In this document: one piece after another, positions 10,259 to 23,480 of the stretch | How positions within the stretch are numbered: the first letter of the stretch is position 1 | How the letters are laid out: each line of letters opens with the position of its first letter | Assembly (NCBI GenBank): GCA_017654855.1 | Contig: CM030332.1 | Span: 1,984,001-2,048,000 of the forward strand | Source: Podospora anserina | Lineage: Eukaryota | Length of the DNA: 64,000 bases | Reading direction: 5' to 3' | The notes under the pieces: generated by a model | What the model was told of the DNA's origin: nothing | The model's input: the letters and a program-made list of their open reading frames with translations, nothing else | Database searches by the model: none | Translations under genes and position numbers: made by a program

Positions 10259-12241
10259 TTTTAACCTTATTATACTTGCGTTCTGTACCTAATGATGTTT
10301 CTCCCGAAGTTGAATTACGGTTGTCTAAGCCACCCTGCCCCCAGTCCCCCTAAGCAACTTTGCCGAACTTGTCCCGTCGCCTCCAGCAAGCGAACCACGA
10401 TCCGGCCAGTTGGTTGTCGGAAGCGACGTTGAGCTTAGCTTTAATTGCAGTCCGTCGGTTGGTTGTACATCTTGGCCTACCTAATAAGGTCTTTTGAAGA
10501 ATTCAATGTTAGTAGTAAAATTGATCGCAAAGCCCACAAACTCCGTCCGAGCACACTTTCTTACTCTGTAGTACCAAGGCCACTCCCAATATACGACAAC
10601 CACCATCACAATAAGCGACTCCAACTTGCACCCGAAGACGAATTCAATTTGGTACATGTCCAGTGCAATGAAGGTGTGCGATTACACCACCACGTCCCGT
10701 GACATGAACAGGAGACACGTGGAGGTTTTGTTGGGGAAACGACCACGCATCATCTGGCGTTGCCGGTTTGGGAGGTTGGGAATATCATGAAGTACCTTAG
10801 AGGATAAGGGGGATGGTGCTGAGGGAGGTGAATGGAGAGCGGTTGAGGGGGGTTAAAACCAGGTCTCTGGACGGTTACTGTAGGCGGAGTACCTCATGTG
10901 GGTTGGTGAGGAGATAAGGGATGTGAGGATGAAGGGGAGGTGGGTGTGTGGTGATCCGGCGGATCATGACGGTGGGAAGTTGAGGGGAGTGATGCGCTGA
11001 GGCACTATGAAGAGTTCAATAAGGCGATGGGTTTGGGGTGTGAAGATGGGACCAAGGCGGATATAGGGTTCTGGCTTCCTCGGCTGTGAAATTTTGAGAG
11101 GTGGAGGGGGGATGTGGAGTGGTGTGCCAGGGTGTTTGAGCTGTGGAAGGTGAGATCCTGTTGGGCAGGATTCATCGAAGGGTCCAGGAAAACACCAGGT
11201 TGAAGGATCAGGATGGCCACAGCTTGGAGAAGTGGAAATGACGGGTGAGGTGGATGTGGGAGTAAGACATACGATCAATGTATGAAATGTTCAAGATCAA
11301 TGAGTCGAAGCTTCACAATTTAGATAGATACCCAAATACCAAACAACCCAATTCAATGCCATCGCACGGCACAGCAATGATGAGCACTTTCCCCTCCCGT
11401 CCAAAAATTCCTGGTCCCATCATGTATGCGCCTTACGAAGTCGGACCGGCCCACGATAGGAAGCCCAAAGCCGAGCAGCATGCATGTCGTCCAAAAGTGA
11501 CAGGGGGGCGTTGCTGCACCTGAACAAACGACGGCGTGGAAACCGCGGGCCGTCAGCCGGGCCTTTCTCATCATCTCACCATCGTCCTATCATTGACCGT
11601 CCCATCTGCTTGAAAGGCACTCTGAATGAAAATGATCAAAATGAAGGAGCAGATAGCTTCAGATGGAGAAACCATCCCACTGTTTCATCCAAAGAAGATT
11701 CTTTATCCCACCACTGAACACGCATGACAAACAAATCTCTTCGTCATTCATCAGACAAGCACTGGGAGCAAAGCGCCCGCTTCGCTCCCCAGGCGGCTCC
11801 GGCATCCTCTTCCCCATGGGGGTGGTCCCTCCCGCTAAAGGTCTCAGGTTACACCCGCTAACGACGCCCTAGCGCGAAATGCTTGTTCCCTTGTTAGCGT
11901 AGCCGTTTCGCTACCAGCGTGACATCGTGGCCTTTTGTCTTGGTCTTTCTTGGGCTGGTCGGCATCAGGCACATGCGAGATTTCGGTGCCAAAGACATCA
12001 TCGCGTCACAAACATCAGATGAAGGAGCAAAAAGCTGTTTCAACACATTATTATTCGTAAATACCATCTGAGCATCCTCAAAGTTGGCAAATTTGGTTTG
12101 GTATCATGCACCTTGCTCCATAGCCGACCATCTTCCCGCTTGGGAACAGCTAGATTACATCAAAAACTCAACCCATTTGCGACAACACAAATACAACCCA
12201 TCGGTATTTCATCAAACTCTCGTAATATCGTGAGATGGTGC

Positions 12242-14130
12242 TTAGATGGCATCGGCGCGGTCAGCATTGCCGGAAATGCCCCTCGCGGCGGTCTCAATGA
12301 CGGTACCATCGTCAGCGAGGACGACCTTATCGACCTTGAGCGAGGCCTTGACGGGGTTGGGCTGGTCGTAGACCCAGTCAAGCTGCTCGAGGGTGCGGCC
12401 TTGGGATTCAACGCTGTAGAAACAAGGTGGTTAGCAAGGTGTAATTAGGTGGTCGGAGAACAAGAAAAACATACCAGAAGAGGTACCACATAAGCGCCTC
12501 AAACAAATCCCAGCCGACGAAGACGAAGATGTACTTGTATCCAATGTTTCCGAGAGCAATGGGGGTGGCGAACTGGTTGATGAAGGAGACGGCGTTGACG
12601 ATGAAGCCGGAAGCAGCCAGACCCTTGGCACGCATGGTGGTCTCGAGAGCCTCGGTGGGGATGACACCCTGGAGGGGAGTGTAGGTGAACGAGAAAATAA
12701 CGTTGAAGAGGAAGTAAGAGGCGAGAGCACCCTTGCCGTAGCTGAGGTCGAAGTTGCCCTCACCCCTCTCAGCCTCCTGGTTGGCAATCACGGCGGAAAG
12801 ACCCGAGTTGGCAGCCAGAGCAAAGGAGCAGAGAGTGGTACCGATGATGAGGACCTTGCGGCGAGGCATCTTGTCGGTAAGCGTGACGGCAGTAAGGGCA
12901 CCAATGGCGGAAATGCCCTGGTTGAGAATGTTGTAGCCGAGCTGCTGGGGAACCTCAGTGACACCCAACTTGCGGAAGATGGTGGTGTTGAAGTAACCGA
13001 GACCGTTACCAGAGAATTGACCAAAGATGGAAATCATGAGCACCTGGGCCATACGCCAGCGGCCGTTGTGGGTGAGGAACAGGGGGCGATAGTCCCACCA
13101 GACTTTGTCGATACCGTCGAGCTTGATACCCTCTCTCATCTCCTCAACCTCAAGCCTAACAAGGGCAGAGTTGGGGTCCTTGTTGCCGTGGTACTTGACA
13201 AGGAAAGCGATGGCCTCCTCCTCGCGGCCGTTGGCCATCAGGAAACGGGGAGACTCATCCAAGAACCAGACAGCACCCATGACGAGCACGCAAGCAGCGG
13301 ACTGGAGAATCAAAGGCACACGCCACGACCAGTTGTTGCCCATGTAGTTGGTGCCGAAAGTGACAATGGCAGCGGGAATGGCACCACCGAACCAACCGCA
13401 GTTGTAGAAACCAGCGAAACGTCCACGCCAGTGTGGGGGGGCGATCTCGATAGCGTAGGCGGGGGCGGCGACGGTCATAACGGCAATACCCAGACCAAGG
13501 ACGAAGCGACCAACGATGAACTGGGGGGTGGTCATGGCTGTGGAGATGATAATCATGCCAATGTTGATGACAACACCACCACAGAACATACCAACGCGAC
13601 GACCATAGCGATCCGAGAGGATAGCAGCGAATGGGGCACCAACCATGGCACCGACAGTGTAGAGGGAGAAGATAGCCGAGACAAGCGGGCCGGTGTCACC
13701 GACGGGGAAGACGGCCTGGTAGGACTTCATGGCGATAATCGAGGTCATGAGGGAGCCATCGTAACCGTTGGCACAGGCGCAGCAGAAGGCAATGAAGACG
13801 GACACTGCAACAGGGAACTATGTCAGCAAAAACGAAACCCCTCAGATGAGGGGGGAAAACACTGACAGTAGAGCTTGAGCGACTCCTTGCTGTATGGGTT
13901 GATGTTGGCCTCCTGGATGGCAGCATAGAGCTCGGCCTAGAGAAAACAGTCAATCTTCATCCAAGCACAGCAGCAGTACAAGAACCAATACTCACATTGT
14001 GGACCACCTTCTCCTTCTTTGCCTTCTTGGCCTTGCCGGCACTGGTGAGGGTAACCTCGGGAGAAGCAGGCGCCTTCTCAACGCTGTGAGAGATAGCGTG
14101 CTTCTCGTCAGAAGAACCGTGCGACGACAT
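12242..14130 (-). CDS. cdt-1: Cellodextrin/lactose MFS sugar porter (Neurospora CDT-1 ortholog)
   Basis: Begins MSSHGS; contains AFCCACANGYDGSLMT, SDRYGRR, EIAPPHWRGR, ESPRFL, GQFSGNGLGYFN, YTPLQGVIPTEALETT and last exon VESQGRTLEQLDWVYDQPNPVKASLKV...DAI*. This closely matches my recollection of N. crassa CDT-1. Three introns (about 13937-13995, 13808-13867, 12416-12474). Confidence 0.93.
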
Positions 14131-16877
14131 CTTCGCGGTCGAGTCCAAGCTGGGACTGTTGGTTTGGCGGGAAGATGTTCAAGCTGGGAGGTCGTGAGGA
14201 CGCACGATCAAGAGAAGTGAAATCCAGAAAGTTGGGGACCCCAGTGGCACCTTTTAAGGATATCAAAAGGAAGGCACGCGCACACACGGTCGAGCCCTCC
14301 TGGGGTGGGTAGCATCTCGGTATAGGCCATACCAAAAAGATTCCATGTAAGTAAGCCCTGTAAGATGCCGTCTCACACCAGCCAAGGTTTCATTCCTGTC
14401 CGCTTTGGGACTCGGAGTGCCCTCCTCCGAGGTCCTCTTTTGGGAGGGAGGAGGATGCAACGCCTGGCGCGCATTATGATTGACCAGATATTCTCCGACT
14501 GAATATGGGCCTTAGGCTTCTCCGGATCTGCTCCCTAGATTTCCCCATGTTCACAGGGGGTTGAGGTGGATTTTCAAATTCGCGCGAAGTGGTCTCTGCT
14601 TTCCCGAGTTCCTCTTGCAAACATGAAGGCGTGACCTGAACGCGTGCCACAATCCTGACGGCTTCCGGGCCTTGGTTCCTTGAGCTTAGCTAGGTAGGGT
14701 GTGGGGGCCATCCACCACTGCTAACGGCTTTTTTTATTGTGGATGTGTGGTCCTTCCTGTCTCAGCGCCCAGACAAAAAAGAATGATTCCAGATCTTTGG
14801 TACCAGAACAAATTTGACGTCCAATGTTTAATATCAAATACCAAACCCTCCCCTCTTATTAGGTGACCCACCCTAAATTATGCCTCTCCCGGCCACGGAC
14901 ATGTTCCATCCACGGTCCCTGTTGCTGCTCTGACCAAGCATAGATCGCACTGGTCGACTCGACAAATTGCACACTCGCAAGCAAAACCGCCGTCTCGCCT
15001 CCCCTACCCCAAAATACCCCAACCGTGCTAGTCCGAGGTGGGTATCACTACAGGCTCGCGCCGCCTGCACGTTTTCCGGGTCACACTTTTGGCCTAGGCC
15101 CACTCACCACTACAACAACAAATCCCACAAATCCATGGTATCCAATTCACCCCCCGGGGGGGGGCCTTCGGGTGGATTTGCTCTGCTGTTCCGTAAAGTC
15201 GGACCATCCTTGTGCATAGACGAGCCGGAAGGATGGCGCTAAACACCAAATTCTCAGTATTCCAAGTGGGTATCAATGGGCAACGTGTGGACCGTTGCAG
15301 TTCCAGACCCGGCCTCCAGGAAACATATTCCGTTGGTGCTTCGTCTAGTGTAGTGTAGTGCTTGATCGAATAAGGCATCTCTCCTCACGATAAACGAGTC
15401 GCCTGCGAGGAGTGTGATGTTTGTTGTGAATGTTCGGCAACAAAAGTGTAGCGAAGCTTGGTGGGCTGCATATTCTTGGACGGGATTTTTGCTCCAAACG
15501 AGTGTACCGTTTGCGCCCTTGGGAGCACGTAATGGTCTGATAACTTGTTTTGGTTTGGCGAGTTCGGAGAGTTTCTATTCGGCATCTAGATGGGGCTTTC
15601 GGATCGTTGTGAGGCGGGATCCGGTTCGACAGTTGCTAGGAGCAGGTGACAGTTCGTGATCAACGCTTTCTAATGTCCCGAGGTCAAGCTGTCAGGAAGA
15701 GGGTCTTGTCGAAGTCCTGTACACCGCAACATACGCAGTACCTAGGTAGTCAAGGCTTGTCATTTGACAACATTAGTCGTCTCACAGTGAAACTCCCCTT
15801 GTTACCCATCCAAGAGCCTCCAAGCAGAGAAAAAAGTCTTGACCAGCGGCCGATGGGTAGAAATCTCGGTACCCTAGCTTGGCGCCCGTGATGCTGTTCT
15901 GGAGCACGCTACCCAAGAGCGAATAGATCAGCGGTAGCCGCTGTCACGGTGTCATTCTCCATGCAAGCTGGAGGCTCAACACATGAAGGGCAGGGATAGG
16001 GGACGACGTGGATTCGTCTTGTTCCATTCCCTACCCCAGAAACCCCATATGCTTACTCCATCGTAACCTTGCCGAGCAAGGGGCCGCTCTGGAAAGCAGG
16101 ACCGGTGGGACGGTGTATGCTACCATGTGAAATATGGCGGTCATGATGGTCAGGAAGTCGAAAAAGCTTTTACTGTGCCAAGGTAGTCGCACCAATGTTG
16201 AGTGAGGCCGAGGTATGGAGGATCAATATCCTCGAAGGTTGGGTTCCAGATCATGACGAAGATCTCGTCCAAATGGTGGCGACCAGCCAGACATTGAGCC
16301 GTTGTGTGAGGTCTCAAGCGGAATCTCTTGCAGATGTAGAGAGGATCCAATATTTCCTCCCGACGAAAGGTCGGGGCCCAGAAACGTCAGCAGCAAACCT
16401 CGCTTATGCAGAGATCAGGAACATCTGGGGTGGCAAGTGGCTCCAGCCATCTTTAACGGATGGACATGCATGGCGTACCCGTCCCTAGGTGGCTCCGTCT
16501 GTCGGTGACCCCTATTTTGGGCAAGCTTGGTGTGTTGCAGCCATCCGGGGAAAATCTCTGCCCAGGCGAAGAGAGTGGGTGGCCGATTTGCCGTTGGGTT
16601 CAGGAAAAGTTGACCAACTCAACACTGATGTCCGTTAGGCCTGGCTGGAGCATCTCAGTTACGGTAGGTGGGTTTGCCTCCGGGGAGGCGGAAAGGAGAA
16701 CAGAAGAGTGAGGGTAACATTTATTCCGCCACACGTACAAGATCGGACATCTAGCTCCGTCGAATTTGGGTGTCTTCCTACTCGACAACCGGCTCAGTAT
16801 AACTGGTCCCTCTCGGTTGTTCCTCAAACCTCACATTCTCTCTCTGTCCAAATAAAACTAACGCCGCCTCTCAGGAA

Positions 16878-18053
16878 CTACCTCGTGGTTTCGTTCATCT
16901 CAACCTCAGTCTTATTTGTCTGCTTCCGCATCGCGTTCTCCTGCAAGAACCGAGATATTCCCTCCTTGGCGACCTCGCTTTGTGAGTGCAATGCCATGAC
17001 TCTGCCAGCAAACGCAACGGCGTCCTCAAAACCATCCCCACCGCAGCCGTCAACCTCGACGCCATCAGCGTTGACGTGAGGCTGACCTCGAAGACCAATC
17101 TGGGTCCAAAACGCCCACTTCGTGATAGCCGTTTGCTGAGTATCTCTCTTCGTGAGTCGCCTCGCCAACCTGTAGACCAGGTGGTCCAGCGATAGGCGAT
17201 GTCGCACAATGTCCTCGGCGGATCTACGAGGCAGAGATTTCTCCGACGATGGAGGTCCCTCAAAAAGGATATTTGCCTGCTGCTCATACTGTGATTTGTC
17301 TTCTTCAGTTTTAGTAGCAGGGTCATCAACCTCCACACCATGCAGTTTCAAGTCCGCCCGTACATATCCACCTTTTGCGAGCTCAAGCCAGGTTCTTCGG
17401 GTGCCTAGAACACGACTCAGTCCTGCAGCAGGACTTGTGCAGGGAAGGCCAAGGTCAGCGCCAGGCAACCAAAGTTCGGTGAGAGACCTGCTCGCAACAG
17501 GAACGTCTGTGGCCAGGGCGAGTTGTGCCCCAGCGCCACTCGCAATACCGTGGATCTTGCCCATGACCAGTATGGCGCTGCGCCGAATCAGACTCATGAC
17601 TTCAGCACAGAGGGCGAAGATCTCCCTGACTTCCTCCGGGGAGCCATTCTTGATTTCCGTCAGGTGATGGCCAGAACTGAAAACCTTGAAGCCAGGTGAA
17701 GCGAGCACAAGCAATTTTGGCAATCCTTTACGCTCTTCTTCCCAGACACGGCTGGAGACAAGCCATGCGTAATCATCTGCTTTGCCCTCTTTCGTAAGGA
17801 GCTCCTGAGAACGTTCCAGGTGTCCAAGAGTCTGGGGCTTAAAGGCGGGGAGAAACAACTGGCGGCCTGTTTGTGGGTTTGTGTTTGCTTCTATCAACTG
17901 GTCTTTGAGCCGCTGAAGCTCGTGCTTCGTCATAGCATTTCGTGTTCCGTAGTCTCCAAAGTGAAGGTAGCTCGCGCCGGAAGGCAAGGGTCGGTGCGTT
18001 ATTCGAGGCAAGAGTGCGCGTGACCTCGCAACTCCTCGTTGAATCTTGTCCAT
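16878..18053 (-). CDS. Enoyl-CoA hydratase/isomerase (crotonase) family, ECHDC3-like
   Basis: Single 391-aa ORF with RNAM, VFSSGHHL, IFALCAEVMSLIRRS, IHGIASGAGAQLALATD, LPGADLGLPCTSP and AKEGISRFL. The basic N-terminus could be a mitochondrial presequence. Confidence 0.85.
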   Translation of the reverse strand: MDKIQRGVARSRALLPRITHRPLPSGASYLHFGDYGTRNAMTKHELQRLKDQLIEANTNPQTGRQLFLPAFKPQTLGHLERSQELLTKEGKADDYAWLVSSRVWEEERKGLPKLLVLASPGFKVFSSGHHLTEIKNGSPEEVREIFALCAEVMSLIRRSAILVMGKIHGIASGAGAQLALATDVPVASRSLTELWLPGADLGLPCTSPAAGLSRVLGTRRTWLELAKGGYVRADLKLHGVEVDDPATKTEEDKSQYEQQANILFEGPPSSEKSLPRRSAEDIVRHRLSLDHLVYRLARRLTKRDTQQTAITKWAFWTQIGLRGQPHVNADGVEVDGCGGDGFEDAVAFAGRVMALHSQSEVAKEGISRFLQENAMRKQTNKTEVEMNETTR

Positions 18054-18194
18054 GACCTGAGAGTTTATGATGCTGGATAATGTGGGGCCGTGAGTTGGTG
18101 AGATGTTGTCAAAATGCGTGGATTGAGAAGGGAATTTATCCTGCTATACATACAGGGGCGGAGGATGTTTGGCGGCTCGGCCTGCGGTTTCCCC

Positions 18195-19866
18195 TCACTC
18201 CAACCCCCGCTCTTGGTACCGCCTACGGACAAAGTAAAACACCAACCCCGCTACCCATAACCCGACCAAGACAACGGCGGGAACAGGCGCGAAGACAGCT
18301 CCCCGAACAACGACAAACCCGCTGACCAACGCAAACACGATTGGGATGGCAATAAGGGGTTTATATGGCCGAGCCAATTGCGGTTCCCTGTACCTGAGAA
18401 CAATAGCCCCTACAACCGTCAGAAAGAAGAACGTGTACTCTCCCAACCCGTTGAAAGTCAGCAACGCCCTGAAGTTTCCAAGCAAAATGTATAGCGAGGA
18501 GAGAATTGTGGATACGATGATGGCGTTGACTGGGGCGTCCGACGTCGTTTCGCGCTCCTCCGGCTTAAACCCAATGCGCCCAACAATGCTGAGTGGCTTG
18601 GGCAACCAGCTCTGATTTGCTGCTGCGACCGCCATACGTCCGGCCACAAATGAGTTTCCTAGGAGAGAACCAGCAACCACTAGACAGATGAATACAGCCG
18701 CAAGGATGCCAAAGGCAGGACCAAGAAGTCGGGTTATTGCCGTCTGCAAACGTTAGCATGACTTCGACAACAGCAACTTGACAGGGTATCAACTTACCAC
18801 AGCGACGCTATCCGTTCTTGAAATCACATTCCATGGCAGTAAGATGTAGTAAGCTGCGTTGGCTGTGATGAAGCAGAGGATGATGGTCGGTATGGAGGTG
18901 TTAATGGCCAGGGGTAGTTGGCGCGCCGGTGATGAAAGCTCGGCAGAGATGTAGATCGCCTTGTCCCAGCCAGAATATGCCCACAGAGCAGCGTAAAGAG
19001 CAGCGGAGAGATATCCAAAAAGCTCCCACTGGGTAACATCGGCCCAATGCGTCACGCTGCCGTCGGGGTTGACGCTGTCTCGATATCCAAACCAAGGTTG
19101 CTTGACCCAGTCACCGCCACCCACAGTTCGGTTCCGATCCACAAGCTGCAAAATGACAACAACAACGCCCGCAATAACAATCGCGGCGATGGTGACAAAC
19201 TTTGTGACGACAAAGAAGTTATTGAGCCTTGTGCTGGCCTTGGTACTGATCGAATTGGCGACACTGATGACAGAAAGGACGACGATCGAAAGCAGTTTGT
19301 GAAGGAGGGTACCTCCTTGATCTGTGACTCCGGCAGCTGAGTAGATGCTTTCAATGAAAACGATGCTCAAGATGGCCAATGTTGCGGGCATCACTGCCAC
19401 TACCCAGGTCCAAGCCGCAAGGAAACCAAACACGTCACCGAATATGTACTTGAGGTACGGCTGTACACCACCTGATCATACAGTCAGCATCTTTGCTCGA
19501 CCTCTGTCATCCTGCCAACCTGAACTTACCTTCGCCAGGAATAGCAGTCCCCAACTCCGCCATAGTACTAGCTCCAGTCCATGCCAATACACCACCCACA
19601 AACCAAATCACGAGAGCCGCACCGGGGGAGGGGACATTGGTGTCAATAGAGCCAGGGGAGGTGAACACGCCACTTCCGATCACAATACTGATGACAATTG
19701 CAAAAGCCTCCAGAGTGCCGAGATTGCGTTTAAAAGTCCCAGTTGCTCCTCTTCCTTCCTCCCCTGAACCTGTGCGTTGCCGCGTGTCCGCCCCGGCGAC
19801 TCCAGCATCCAACGCGCCACTTGTTGCAGCCAGCAGAGGCCGGCGTTCTGGTTCTTCTGATGCCAT
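18195..19866 (-). CDS. APC-superfamily LAT-type amino-acid permease (Mup1/Mup3 methionine-permease-like)
   Basis: FKRNLG...VIGSGVFTSPG, AELGTAIPGEGG, ALYAALWAYSGWD, ELSSPARQLPLAI, DAPVNA, LRYREPQLARPYK. Introns about 19472-19529 and 18746-18797. Confidence 0.9.
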
Positions 19867-21356
19867 CTCGTTGTGGCCAACGACAACTTGTTACTGTGTA
19901 TGGATCGGTGCTCTTGAATGTACTGAAAATGGACGATTGAGTCAAAAGCTGGGATGATGTAATGAGGAAGACGCGAATTCTGATGTTGACAAATGTGATG
20001 ACTCGTTCAAAATGGCGGCTGTTTACTTGGGGCCCAGCAATCCCCGCTTTCCTGACCTTAGCACGTAATTTTGATTGGACCTGACGCCTCGGAATCTGGG
20101 GTGCGGGAGCTGCCGCCATGGCGTGAGCTTGGCATGACTTGGTTTCAGGCGGTTGTGAGCAAGCTGGAGATGTAGAGGTCCTACCTAGATAGATGATCAT
20201 GAGGACTGAAAATATGTGAATCTCAACATCTTTGGTGGGCTCTATTTGAATAGGGAAGGGCATTCTTTTTATTGGGACGCTTTGCAGTAAGTATCTCCTA
20301 TATATCAGCTCACAATGTTACACGCTGCATGCTTGTCAACAAGGATCATGAGTCCAAAGCAGGATGTCAGTGCTCCTGATAATTGAGCAAACAACATGAA
20401 TGGAATGGTTCATCGGCAAAAAGACATGAGACACCATATCACCATTTGGATTAATGCTGTACTGTAAAATGGGTAAGAGACCTCATGCTGCATGTGATAA
20501 TGATCTCTTTACCGCCTCACACTATCACTTGCCACAAGAATAGCAGTTGGGCTACTTCGATGAGTTACAATGTATGATTAAATTTCTGAGATCGAGTGCT
20601 TTGCTTAGGAAAACCACATAAGCAGCAGCTGGCAGTCTGTCTGACACTACATCGACCAAAGGAGGCTTGTAGATAGACTGACCAGCTTTGACAGTCACCT
20701 CGAGAATGTAAGAGCAGTTATATATCCAACATCCCAATTTTGCATGTTAAATCCGGGGTTCCAAAAGTCACTTGAGAGCTGTGAGATATAACATGCTAAC
20801 TGCCTAGGATCTGTACCAAGACCATCGCTTCCATTACGGCTATTCTGTAGCTCTTACTCCAACCCAGAGGTCTCATTTTTACGGGGACTCTTGCCCTCCG
20901 TGTTGGTTCTGTCTCGGCACACTGCTCCTTATTCCTTGCTCTTTGCTTGACCAGCTGGCACCACTTCTACATCGGGGTTGCGCGTCTTCCTTCTTTCCTT
21001 CTTTTCCATCCTTCCTTCCTTACCTACCTCTAAGACCTAAAACTTATTACTGTTTTTCCTAGATTTATCAGCTGCCTTTCTTCCCAGTCATCTTCGTCTC
21101 AGCCAAGGCTTGCTGGTTCTGTTTTGCTCACTCTTCTCTTGACAATCACTGAGCTTTGCGGAATCAATATTATAGACTTCATTCGATTTCAATCTGAGAT
21201 TGACTTCCTCGACCGACACTGTCCACTGTATGTTGTTCCCCATTCCTGTTTTGCTATTAATTGTCCATTTTCCCCGTCCCAATCTTGCGTCACCCGCTAA
21301 CCATTTGACTCCAATCATACTTAGCCAAGCGACCCAGCCAATCCCTCAAACAAGCG

Positions 21357-21638
21357 ATGTGTCTCCTGTCCCGAGTCCGCCACATCTGTGGCCACATCTC
21401 TCTTGACCCCAACAACGACGACGGATACTCCTGGACAGTATTCCGAGCCTGCAAGTACGCCGACGAGCTTGATGACACACTATTTTGTGCCTATGGAGAA
21501 GGAATGGTCTCGCAGACCCACACAAAGTTCGTCGACCGAGACGATTTTTGCCCTTTTTGCGCTCAGGAAGGGGGCGTGAAGGAGAAAGAAGACCCGGGTA
21601 ATCTGGCCGACGATGAGAACTCGCAGCCGCGCGAGTAG
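21357..21638 (+). CDS. Small MC...CGH...CxxC protein (93 aa), putative Zn-binding
   Basis: MCLLSRVRHICGH...RAC...LFC...FCPFC followed by an acidic tail. A canonical upstream intron at 21228-21324 (GTATGT..GCTAAC..TTAG) suggests a transcribed 5' UTR. Confidence 0.65.
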   Translation: MCLLSRVRHICGHISLDPNNDDGYSWTVFRACKYADELDDTLFCAYGEGMVSQTHTKFVDRDDFCPFCAQEGGVKEKEDPGNLADDENSQPRE

Positions 21639-23480
21639 AGTGGTCCCAGAGGTAGAGGAGGAATACAGCGTCGGTAAGTCAAGCTGAGATGGGGACAGTG
21701 CTGAGTAAATGCTAAATGGATTCTTCCTTCAGGGGGGTGAGGAACCCAGAAACTGAGAGGATATTCACAGTCTGGCGTATCCGGTTCGAAAAAGCCAACC
21801 CCTTTAGGCCGTCTTGGTAGATTTCTGCTGGGCAGGAGGAGATTGTGACTCCGGTCACTTGCCCCACGAGAACTTGCTCTTCCTGCCATCAGGAGAGTAG
21901 ACAAATTTTCACCATTGGCTGGTTCTGCCTCCAATCAGGCTGCAACAGGTACTATCGGATGTTGCCCGGCCAACTTGTCGGCCTCGATGCCCTGACCTAG
22001 AGCGGATGAAGGGTACCCACCCCATGAGGATTGGAAAGACGAGAACAGCAAGAAAGGTTTACATCGTGTGCCGTTGATAAGGGATATCTTGGGAGCAGCC
22101 TGGTAGTTATCATTTCAGGAAGGGCTGGGCTTATAGAATCATATTCACATAGACTAGAAATAACTCGAGTCTTGCAACGAAACTATCCTCGCCAGCACTG
22201 TTTCTCTATGATAGCTGTTACTAAGAGCGCGAGTTTTTCCATCTCGTCAAAGCTCGAGTGGATTCAATATCATCTGAAGCTGCTCGTGCTTACCGGTGTC
22301 GTTGCAAACACTTCTTTAACACACAGCCACCACACATGCTCGACCGCCTCATCTCATCATCTGAGTTCCTGACGTGATCCAGGCACCCGATGTGCTGTCA
22401 AGCATCTCCAACCGCACCTCGGGCACACCCTCATCCTGAAACAGAATTTCTCCCCTCTGACCCAGCCATTAATTGTCAATAGTGTACGTGTTCCCACTTT
22501 GTCCTCTCGCTTTGTCCAGCAACTCAAGCGAAAAGTAAGATAAACACCAAGGTCTCCCTTCTTGTCACCCTGGCCATCAAGGTCGAGCTCATTGTCGCGT
22601 GCCAGCCATGACACACAGAAGTCTTGGTCTCCCAGGCTGGCCACCCACCATCAATAGTTCATCGCAAATTCGCAGCTCCTTCCCATAAACATCCTCCCAC
22701 ACATCGATACCCCCAAAAGCGTCAGCTTCTCCCTCTGTATAACCTCAGCCATCAAGGTCGGAGATAGTGGCAACTACTTAATAGTAAAGCTTCCCTTAAC
22801 TAGCCGACTGCCTACTATCATCAATAATCCACTGCAACTTCACGACGCCTCCTCATTAAATAGCCTCTACCTGTACCTGTAACCGTGTCAGATCCTCCCA
22901 TAGCCTGAGCTATCAAGATCCAAGAAACTGCCTCGTCCATGGTGTGCAGAAACCTTTCTCTGCCGGCGGTCGCAACCATCGCAACTTTACAGCCTCTCCC
23001 ACGAAACATTCTCTTGTAGAGCGAGATTTGCAACATGTCAGAAGCCCCCTTTCCGCCTCGCCCCGTCCACAAAGGTCATAGACACCGCCATGGCCATGGG
23101 AGCCCGGATTTTGTCCCCCTCACGAACCACACCCGCGATCAACAGTCCATCCCAACTCCAACAGCGCTCCCACGAAACGCCCTCCTACACAGTCTCAGAC
23201 CCGCCCCCCCCCCCCACTCCTTGCCCCAGTCATCAAGGCAGCAAGCATCAGTTCAGTCATCAAGGTACCAAAACCATGGACTACATAAACACCCTCTGGC
23301 CTCCCCCTTTCTGGCCCCCAGGCTCGTTGTTCTCCAGTCTGCTTGACTTCCAGTCCACTCCACAATCATCAAACGCAACAACCAAACCAACCAGCCGCAC
23401 CAATCTTCAACCTCCCAACCTTCGATCAACCTAACCCCGTGCCACCGTCAGCAACACTTTATATACACCTAATCACCATC

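Noticed and set aside
10700-11280. Purine-rich plus strand with Pro/His-rich minus-strand ORFs
   Set aside because: All frames are interrupted and low-complexity; no supportable gene model.
13017-13865. 282-aa plus-strand ORF, and similar long antisense ORFs at 35638-36489, 54554-55105 and 59138-60076
   Set aside because: They are antisense to well-supported, codon-biased genes, a typical shadow-ORF artefact.
14130-15700. Possible CRE-1 (SYGGRG) and CLR-type CGG sites in the cdt-1 promoter
   Set aside because: Hexamers occur (e.g. 14300, 14701) at about chance frequency; I found no convincing CGG-spaced dyad.
22350-23030. Minus-strand fragments including RVCPRCGWRC as a third CxxC micro-gene or pseudogene
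   Set aside because: Multiple stops, no Met-Cys start or GH motif, and no assignable homology.
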